Source: Bacilli bacterium (GTDB lineage: Bacteria; Bacillota_I; Bacilli_A; RF39; UBA660). From it: a DNA stretch of 10,977 bases. This document shows positions 1-5,878 of the stretch, piece by piece; position 1 is the first letter of the stretch, and each line of letters begins with the position of its first letter. The notes beneath the pieces were generated by a model. That model did no database searches. It was not told the DNA's origin and saw only the letters and a list, made by a program, of their open reading frames with translations. Made by a program: the position numbers and the translations under genes. The stretch covers positions 1 to 10,977 of the forward strand of contig JAZNOG010000072.1 of the NCBI GenBank assembly GCA_045580645.1, in the 5' to 3' direction.

Positions 1-303
1 AAGATTCACATAATTTTAGATCAAATATTTGATGAGAGAACAACTATTGCTGATTGCGGTGGAATAAGTTACCCATACTTATGTTATAAAGTATATATGA
101 CAATAGAATATTGTGAATTATTAACACAAAAGCATTATAATAAAGAATTTGAAAAAATCAATAATGCAAGTAAATACTATGATGAATTATTAAATACATA
201 TAAAAAGAAAAATATATATGAAATATTTAATAAATTAACTAAAGAAATCGATGAGCATTGCGATAAGTTAAAGGAAAGAATAGAATTCTTTGATAAAAAT
301 TAA
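1..303 (+). CDS. hypothetical protein, C-terminal part (5' end probably outside window)
   Basis: Frame 1 has no stop from base 1 through the ATG at 97 to the TAA at 301-303. The 68-aa track ORF is therefore probably the tail of a longer gene. The sequence is K/E/N-rich and helical-looking, with no recognisable motif. Confidence 0.4.
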   Translation, partial: KIHIILDQIFDERTTIADCGGISYPYLCYKVYMTIEYCELLTQKHYNKEFEKINNASKYYDELLNTYKKKNIYEIFNKLTKEIDEHCDKLKERIEFFDKN

Positions 304-415
304 AATGTCAAATAGCCGATAACAACTGCTAGTACAGAGTTGCAAAAATTGACATTTAAATTATATTTTGATATTATTAAATTGTCAGTTGGTAGTATTA
401 CAACTGATGTTGTAA

Positions 416-448
416 GCAATTCCGAGCAGTATTAGGAATTGTTTTTTT
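416..448 (+). terminator. candidate rho-independent terminator
   Basis: Stem caattcc (417-423) pairs with ggaattg (435-441) around an 11-nt loop, followed directly by a T7 run (442-448). It lies in the convergent intergenic region between the + ORF ending at 303 and the - ORF ending at 496. Confidence 0.5.
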
Positions 449-469
449 ATGCAAAAAAATTTAGCAAAT

Positions 470-495
470 AAAAAAGTATGAAAATTAATCCATAC
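470..495 (-). terminator. weak candidate terminator after the VWA/metallopeptidase gene
   Basis: On the minus strand the sequence reads GTATG(495-491)-10 nt loop-CATAC(480-476), followed by T6 (the A-run 470-475 on plus). The stem is only 5 bp. Confidence 0.25.
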
Positions 496-2112
496 TTATC
501 TTGAACGACCTTTACTAGGGTTATCCATTTCAAAAGAATATAATCTTTCAAGTTGCTCTTCGGTAATATCAATTACTCTACCACCTCTAGGATTTATCCT
601 TGTTCCACCAAATACAATCCAAATTGCATCCATAGGTTTTTCAGGCATACTAGCTTCTCCATCAGTAAAAATAATTTTATTCTCTACTCTTCTTGAAAAA
701 GCACCTACAGCAACATCAAAATCTGTACCGCCTCCACCTTGAAATCTCATATTTTCTATATCTTCTTCAGTTCTTATTTCGTGGAAACCATAAAATTCAG
801 TATCAAAGCAACCTACTTTTACTCTTGAATGTTGAAGAATATTTTTACACTCTCTTAAGAAGTTTTTTAATAATACCTCATTAATTGAACCACTTGTATC
901 TAAAACTATTTCAGTTTCTGGCATAGGTTGTTCTTCTAAATTGGCAGATACAACACCATCTTCAATATAAGCATTTCTATAAGACCAATCAACATCATAT
1001 TTAATTGCTTCTCTTAATACATATCGCCAATCTATTAAAGGTTTTGCCCTACCTATATCAGTAACTGTTCTAATATCTCTATTAGTTGTAGTTCCTGCTT
1101 GTGTCGCTTGTTTAGCAATTGCTTCTTTTAATTCCTCTAGTTCTCTCTTTTTTTCCTCTAGATTTTTCTTAAAAGCATCTTTCTCTCCTAAACCTTCGCA
1201 TTCCTCTTGTTTCTTCTCAACTTCAGTTTTATCTTCTTTTTTTTCTGTTTTATCTTTATTAAATAATTTATCGAATAAACTTTCTTTTTTCTTACCTTTA
1301 CTTTGCTCTTCTTTGTGTTTCTTTACAGCATCTTCCCACATACTATGTGTATCGTGTCCAACATCTTCTTTAGTTTCTTCATGTTCATCTTGCTCTCCAG
1401 ATGTTCCACCTGTAGAACTACCTTTTTCTTGTTGTTCGTTTTGTTCAGATGAACTTCCACCACTTTGTCCACCGGTTTGTTCTTTTTGGTCTGGTTGTTC
1501 TTCACCAGAACTTCCACCACCACTTTGACCGTTTTGTTGTTGACTTTCTTGGTTTTGTGAGTTTTGACTTTGACCATTTTGATTTTGTTCATTTTGGTTT
1601 TCTCCACTACCACCTTGTGATTGTTGTTGTTGTTGAGAACTTTGTTGACCACTTTGTTGTTGAGAATTTTGACCCTGTTGTCCATTTTGTTGTTGTGATT
1701 GATTTCCTTGTTGTTGTTTTTTCTCATCTAATAACTTTTCATATAATTGTTCTGCATCATAATTAATTGCTTCTGCAATATCAACACCACCATCAATCAT
1801 TTTTAATCCATCTCTTTTAAGAAAAGCATTTATTACCGCATCAGTCGCAGTATTCCAAATTTGAGGATCTTTACCTTCACTTCTTAAAATATGATTAAAA
1901 GCAATATGACAAACTTCATGAGCAAACACAAATGTCTGTTGTTCAACACTCAAACTTTCTAAAAAATCTGGGTTATAATATATTGTTTTACCATCTGTAC
2001 CAGCAGTTGGTATTCCTTTATTTTCCTTATAATCAACACTTGCTACTACACTACCGAAAAAAGGATATTTAACAAGCATTTTTCTTTTTAAAGCTGCAAT
2101 ATCATATTTCAT
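496..2112 (-). CDS. putative zinc metallopeptidase (HExxH, DUF2201_N-like) fused to a C-terminal VWA-like domain, with a long disordered linker
   Basis: The N-terminal ~125 aa carry FAHEVCHIAFNH (HEVCH encoded at 1906..1920). The C-terminal ~140 aa carry a MIDAS-like VLDTSGS (DTSGS at 886..900), then GGGGTDF and IIFTDGE, the pattern of the VWA-like DUF2201 family that partners MoxR-type ATPases. A GAGGT RBS lies 7 nt upstream of the ATG at 2112. Confidence 0.85.
   Translation of the reverse strand: MKYDIAALKRKMLVKYPFFGSVVASVDYKENKGIPTAGTDGKTIYYNPDFLESLSVEQQTFVFAHEVCHIAFNHILRSEGKDPQIWNTATDAVINAFLKRDGLKMIDGGVDIAEAINYDAEQLYEKLLDEKKQQQGNQSQQQNGQQGQNSQQQSGQQSSQQQQQSQGGSGENQNEQNQNGQSQNSQNQESQQQNGQSGGGSSGEEQPDQKEQTGGQSGGSSSEQNEQQEKGSSTGGTSGEQDEHEETKEDVGHDTHSMWEDAVKKHKEEQSKGKKKESLFDKLFNKDKTEKKEDKTEVEKKQEECEGLGEKDAFKKNLEEKKRELEELKEAIAKQATQAGTTTNRDIRTVTDIGRAKPLIDWRYVLREAIKYDVDWSYRNAYIEDGVVSANLEEQPMPETEIVLDTSGSINEVLLKNFLRECKNILQHSRVKVGCFDTEFYGFHEIRTEEDIENMRFQGGGGTDFDVAVGAFSRRVENKIIFTDGEASMPEKPMDAIWIVFGGTRINPRGGRVIDITEEQLERLYSFEMDNPSKGRSR
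1378..1719 (-). repeat. low-complexity Q/N/S/G-rich coding tract (CAA/CAG/AAT/GGT-rich) inside the 538-aa gene
   Basis: About aa 132-245 read QQQGNQSQQQNGQQGQNSQQQSGQQSS...GGSSSEQNEQQEKGSSTGGTSGEQ. At the DNA level the tract is an imperfect tt-g-tt-g type microrepeat. This explains why three overlapping ORFs appear open there in other frames. Confidence 0.85.
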
Positions 2113-2121
2113 ACTTTAACC

Positions 2122-2514
2122 TCATATTTGAGCTACTAATGAGTAAATTTCTTCGCTTATTTTATCCTTATTAACTTCTTTTGCAGTAACAATTATTACA
2201 CAATCTTTTGGTAATTCAAAAGTAGATATTTTTCTATACTCTAATAATTCAATAAACTTTAATTGTTCTTCTTTATTAATTGAGTCAATTAAATCAATTA
2301 CTAATACTTTAGAATTATTATTAGTAACTAATTCATTATACCATTTAGGTGGCATATAATCTGCACCATCATAATGACCATTTAATTCTTTTGCATCAAC
2401 ATCTGCTGATATTACTATTGCACCAGGAATATCTTTACCAGAAATAAAATTAACTAATATTGGTGCTACATTTGCTTTAATGTAAGACATTAACAATTCT
2501 TTTTTATTTTCCAT
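2122..2514 (-). CDS. small hypothetical protein, possibly a degenerate (Walker-A-less) AAA-like fragment
   Basis: Its ATG (2514..2512) overlaps the TAA of the upstream gene (2516..2514) as TAATG. Its TGA (2124..2122) lies 9 nt before the next ATG. The segment KVLVIDLIDSINKEEQLKFIELLEYRKISTFELPKDCVIIVTA parallels HIVFLDEITNALPSIQGIAFNIVLDREVNGVWKLPENARIVAAG of the neighbouring ATPase, but there is no GK[ST] P-loop and no DE. Confidence 0.7.
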   Translation of the reverse strand: MENKKELLMSYIKANVAPILVNFISGKDIPGAIVISADVDAKELNGHYDGADYMPPKWYNELVTNNNSKVLVIDLIDSINKEEQLKFIELLEYRKISTFELPKDCVIIVTAKEVNKDKISEEIYSLVAQI

Positions 2515-4406
2515 TATCTTCTTATACCTCCTCCTGGCATATTTGCAAGTTTTGCTTCTGCAATTCTTTCTAGTCTTGATTCATCACCATGTATCCATAG
2601 TGCATCAAAAATTGCACCAAACTCTGCACCTAAACCTGTTACAAAACCTCTAACTTTATCAAGATGTTCTTCTTCTACTTGAGATAATCCCATAGTAGTT
2701 GCATATCTTTCTGCAGTATTTAAATTTTGTATATCTCTGTCAGTATAATTTCCATTTATTACATCATCTAATGTAATTACTTGTTGATTACAGAATTGAA
2801 CGAATTCTCTAGTAATATCTTCTCCAACTAATGCTCTTAACATTTCAGGACTACCTGTTGCATAAAGCATTTTTGAAGCCATTTCCCATTTTCTAGGGTC
2901 TGCATTTGGAGTTTCTCCATTATATTCACTTCTTAATGTTTCGCCTTTCTTATATGCGATATAAGAATAAATTGCAGGATGTATATTATGTTCACTTGCC
3001 CATTTCAACCAACTTTCAGTTGTTGTTTTAATATAAACATGAGCAAGTCTATTAAATAATGGTTCTGCTAATTGGTTTGCAGCAAGAGAGTCTTTCATAT
3101 CATTTCCTGCAGCAACTATTCTTGCATTTTCTGGCAATTTCCAAACACCATTTACTTCTCTATCTAAAACTATATTAAATGCTATACCTTGAATACTTGG
3201 TAATGCATTAGTTATTTCATCTAAAAATACAATATGCATTCTATCAGGTTCTTTTTCGCATTTTTCTTCTATCTTCTTTAACCAGCTAGGTTTTACATCA
3301 ATCATCTCTCCAGTTTCAGAATTATATACACTCTTACCATTTAAACTTTCTGGAGTTGCATTACGAAGATAAATTATTACACAATCAGGGTCTATTTGCT
3401 TTACTCTAGCACTTTTACCTTCTGAAGAAGGTCCGTGTAAGAATACTGCTACACCACTTTCAATTGCACCTTTTATAATTTGTTCTTCACTTACTTGTCC
3501 AAACTTTAATCCATAAGGATTTCTTCTCTTTTCAAGTCTCTTTTGTTCTTCTTCGTATTGTTTCTTTTCTTCTGGTGTCATTTCCTTAACAACACTAGGT
3601 ACCATATCTCTAGCAAAATATGTATTCAAATATTGGTACATTTCAGTATTTTTAAAATCACCATTATATTGTCTATCATTACAAAATCTAATTCCAGAAG
3701 CTAACAAAGTTTTGCTAACTAGCATTTTTGCTCTATCATCAACAATCCATTTTATTGGAGATACTTCCAACCACACATACATTCCAGGATGTACTGTAAC
3801 TCCATTAGATAATTTAAAGTTTTCATCAGTATCATTTGATTTTACTCTTACATAGCGTTTTCCATTATATTCAAATTCTTCATGTTGAACAGGACTAAAT
3901 CTTTCTGAATTTGCATTCCATCTTCTAGAATCTGTAGTATATGTTTTTCCAGTTCTTCTCAACACACCTGCTTGGAATGAATCATCAAGAATTCTACCCA
4001 AATTGGTATCAACTGCATATTGTGGATATTCGCCATACTCAACTTCCAAAAATCCGTGTCTTCCCTTCACTCCGTTCAGGGAGATGTCAGAGATGTTTGA
4101 GAACGGTAAAGCTGGGCGAACGGCACCGGAACGCTTACCAGCAGTCGTACAGCTACGATCACCAACTTTGTTGACACCACGAACGTCCCCATCGCCAGCG
4201 GAAGAAGATAAATACCACCAACCAGTTCTACCTCTCATTGAATTATCTCCATCTACATGATAATCACTAGATACATAAGCACCTAATAATATAGCAAAGT
4301 CGGAAATAGCACACTTTCCTCCCATTTTCTTTATAACATCTATCTGTTGACTTCCAAAAGTTTGTTCATCTGAAAGTAAGGTAAATTCATTATTATTAAA
4401 GTTCAT
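2514..4406 (-). CDS. DGR variable (target) protein: N-terminal VR-bearing ligand-binding-like domain fused to a MoxR/AAA_5-type AAA+ ATPase
   Basis: The track ORF starts at a GTG at 4454. The ATG at 4406 (MNFNNNEF...) has a strong GAGGTGG RBS (4418..4412) 5 nt upstream, so 4406 is preferred. The VR (4112..4208) encodes SSSAGDGDVRGVNKVGDRSCTTAGKRSGAVRP inside a ...GWWYLSS...VRPALPF context. The ATPase core has Walker A GPSSEGKS (3411..3434), Walker B IVFLDE (3216..3233), sensor-1-like IVAAGN and an LFNRL motif. No signal peptide or TM segment is apparent. Confidence 0.85.
   Translation of the reverse strand: MNFNNNEFTLLSDEQTFGSQQIDVIKKMGGKCAISDFAILLGAYVSSDYHVDGDNSMRGRTGWWYLSSSAGDGDVRGVNKVGDRSCTTAGKRSGAVRPALPFSNISDISLNGVKGRHGFLEVEYGEYPQYAVDTNLGRILDDSFQAGVLRRTGKTYTTDSRRWNANSERFSPVQHEEFEYNGKRYVRVKSNDTDENFKLSNGVTVHPGMYVWLEVSPIKWIVDDRAKMLVSKTLLASGIRFCNDRQYNGDFKNTEMYQYLNTYFARDMVPSVVKEMTPEEKKQYEEEQKRLEKRRNPYGLKFGQVSEEQIIKGAIESGVAVFLHGPSSEGKSARVKQIDPDCVIIYLRNATPESLNGKSVYNSETGEMIDVKPSWLKKIEEKCEKEPDRMHIVFLDEITNALPSIQGIAFNIVLDREVNGVWKLPENARIVAAGNDMKDSLAANQLAEPLFNRLAHVYIKTTTESWLKWASEHNIHPAIYSYIAYKKGETLRSEYNGETPNADPRKWEMASKMLYATGSPEMLRALVGEDITREFVQFCNQQVITLDDVINGNYTDRDIQNLNTAERYATTMGLSQVEEEHLDKVRGFVTGLGAEFGAIFDALWIHGDESRLERIAEAKLANMPGGGIRR
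4112..4208 (-). repeat. DGR variable repeat (VR)
   Basis: This 97 bp aligns without gaps to 5728..5824 (offset 1616) with 90/97 identity. Mismatches are at 4144, 4149, 4152, 4153, 4165, 4177 and 4198. At six of them TR has T on the plus strand, which is A on the coding minus strand. The VR is in frame inside the 2514..4406 CDS (codons 67-98 from the ATG at 4406, plus the first base of codon 99). Homology may extend 3 nt further to 4109, which would add one more A-site mismatch (4111 versus 5727). Confidence 0.9.
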
Positions 4407-4495
4407 TTTTTCCACCTCTTCTTGCTTATACATATATTTTAACATATTTTCCACGAATTTTATATGATTTTGCTATTTATTTATAAAAATTATTT

Positions 4496-5512
4496 TTATT
4501 GTAAAGGTTTGGTTTTATTTAAAAAACTTAAACTTTCATTAGATTTTTGTACTCTTGAATAAAAAGAATTTTTTCTTATATTTACATATTCTCTATTAAC
4601 AATCCCTTTATTTTCAAGTTTTGATAAAGCTTTTAAATGTTTTTTTATTCTCTTTTTTGATGAACTTCTTAATTTTTTTATAACTTTACCAGTATCAGTT
4701 AATGTTAATCTAAACCCTAAAAAATCTATACCATTTGACACTTTTCCAATTTGAGTTTTGCGATTTAAAGTTAATTTAAGATTATTAACACAAACTTTTT
4801 CTATTTCCTTTAAGCAATATTTTAAATATTCTTTATCTTTATGAATTAATATAAAATCATCCATATATCTTACATATCCCTTAATTTGTAATGTTTCTTT
4901 ACAAAGTCTATCTATTTCATCTAAATATAATAATGCAAACCATTGACTTGATAAATTACCTAATGGAACACCTACAAAAGGATTATCTTTTTCCATAAAG
5001 ATTCTAGCCATATATAACTCATCATCAGACAAACCAATTTTCTTTAATTTGTTTGACAATACTTCAAAATTAATGCTGGGAAAATACTTACTAATATCAC
5101 ATTTTAAATAATAAAATTGATTATTACCATTATTTATGTATTCCCTCTTTAAAAATTTAGTTAATCTATCTAATCCAAAATCTGTCCCCTTAAATTTTTG
5201 ACAAGCAACATTATCATAAATAATATGTTTACTTATTTTTGGTTTTAATACATGGGTACAAAAACACATAAGAACCACTCTATCCTTATATGTTAATGCT
5301 TCAATAAGTCTCTCTTTTGGCTCATACAAAATAAACTTACGATACTTACCGATTTTATATTTTCTTGAATTGATTTGTTTAATAATTTCACTTATATTTT
5401 TTCCTAAATCTAATTCAAATCTTATAACTTCTCCCCTATGTTGTTTTGATTTTCTACATGCTTTATGAGCGGCATATAGATTTTCAAATGTAAATATTTC
5501 ATCTAATTTCAT
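4496..5512 (-). CDS. DGR-type reverse transcriptase
   Basis: RT motifs occur in order: YEPKERLIEALTYKDRVV, DISKYFPSI, VPLGNLSSQWFALLYLDEID (the [I/L]GNxxSQxFA signature typical of DGR RTs), YVRYMDDFILI (YMDD at 4856..4867), LKLTLNRKTQI and IDFLGFRL. The size is 338 aa. An AAGGA RBS lies 7 nt upstream of the ATG at 5512. A TR lies immediately upstream. Confidence 0.92.
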   Translation of the reverse strand: MKLDEIFTFENLYAAHKACRKSKQHRGEVIRFELDLGKNISEIIKQINSRKYKIGKYRKFILYEPKERLIEALTYKDRVVLMCFCTHVLKPKISKHIIYDNVACQKFKGTDFGLDRLTKFLKREYINNGNNQFYYLKCDISKYFPSINFEVLSNKLKKIGLSDDELYMARIFMEKDNPFVGVPLGNLSSQWFALLYLDEIDRLCKETLQIKGYVRYMDDFILIHKDKEYLKYCLKEIEKVCVNNLKLTLNRKTQIGKVSNGIDFLGFRLTLTDTGKVIKKLRSSSKKRIKKHLKALSKLENKGIVNREYVNIRKNSFYSRVQKSNESLSFLNKTKPLQ

Positions 5513-5727
5513 AATTAGTTCCTTTCATAAAAAAATGAACACTTCAATAGTTTTACAAAAATAATATCAATCGTTGCAAAACGTAAGTGTTCGTATTTAT
5601 CTCCCACATTTTAAAATGGTAAGAAAAGAGTAAAATTCCTTCACCTTATGGATTTGATATACTTTACCTAAAATATACTTCACTACCCTGTTTTTTAAAT
5701 TCTTAAAGAATTTCTTCAAAAGTGAAT
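5513..5727 (-). ncRNA. probable spacer (Sp) portion of the DGR RNA between TR and the RT gene
   Basis: This ~215 nt has no ORF and lies directly 3' of TR on the transcribed strand. It contains an 8-bp stem, GAACACUU (5592..5585) with AAGUGUUC (5544..5537), followed by A+U7 and then the RT RBS. The position matches the TR-spacer RNA of characterised DGRs. Confidence 0.45.
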
Positions 5728-5824
5728 CTGGGCGAACGGCACCGGAACGCTTACCAGCATTCGTCCATTTACGATCACCATCTTTGTTGACATCACGAAC
5801 GTCCCCATCGCCATCGGAAGAAGA
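5728..5824 (-). repeat. DGR template repeat (TR)
   Basis: This is the non-coding copy of the 97-bp repeat, lying between the avd-like gene and the RT gene. It has 20 adenines on the minus strand and is ~54% GC in a far more AT-rich background. Read in the VR frame it gives SSSDGDGDVRDVNKDGDRKWTNAGKRSGAVRP. Confidence 0.9.
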
Positions 5825-5878
5825 GCCGGATATTAATTTTACCCTTAATTAAAAACCTTTCGGTTTAGAATCCTTAAT

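Noticed and set aside
305-407. Short inverted repeats in the 304..495 intergenic region: atgtcaa/ttgacat (305..311 and 349..355) and tcagttg/caactga (385..391 and 401..407)
   Set aside because: The arms are 7 bp in AT-rich non-coding DNA. No associated gene, T-run or conserved motif identifies them as oriT, an att site or a riboswitch, so they are noted only as possible secondary structure.
1313-1766. Three overlapping track ORFs (1313..1528 +, 1323..1727 -, 1449..1766 +) inside the 538-aa gene
   Set aside because: They are artefacts of the stop-poor low-complexity tt-g repeat tract. Their translations are nonsense-like (F/V/H or N/K/V runs), they lack RBSs, and they lie entirely within a gene that has clear domain motifs on both sides.
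3941-4260. Plus-strand ORFs 3941..4174 and 4003..4260, antisense to the DGR target and overlapping the VR
   Set aside because: They stay open only because the locally GC-rich VR region lacks stop codons. They have no RBS and no motif, and the opposite-strand frame is continuous with a well-supported 630-aa protein.
4407-4454. GTG start at 4454 for the target gene (and GTG at 6469 for the avd-like gene), as given by the ORF track
   Set aside because: The downstream ATGs at 4406 and 6460 have much better Shine-Dalgarno elements at proper spacing (GAGGTGG and GGGGTG). The upstream extensions are kept only as alternatives.
4496-5512. Alternative readings of the RT as a retron, group II intron maturase or Abi/UG defence RT
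   Set aside because: A TR/VR pair with adenine-specific mismatches and the GNxxSQxFA motif point to a DGR. The protein is only 338 aa, with no maturase/X or endonuclease domain. I could not find flanking intron RNA domains or an msr/msd-type inverted repeat pair.
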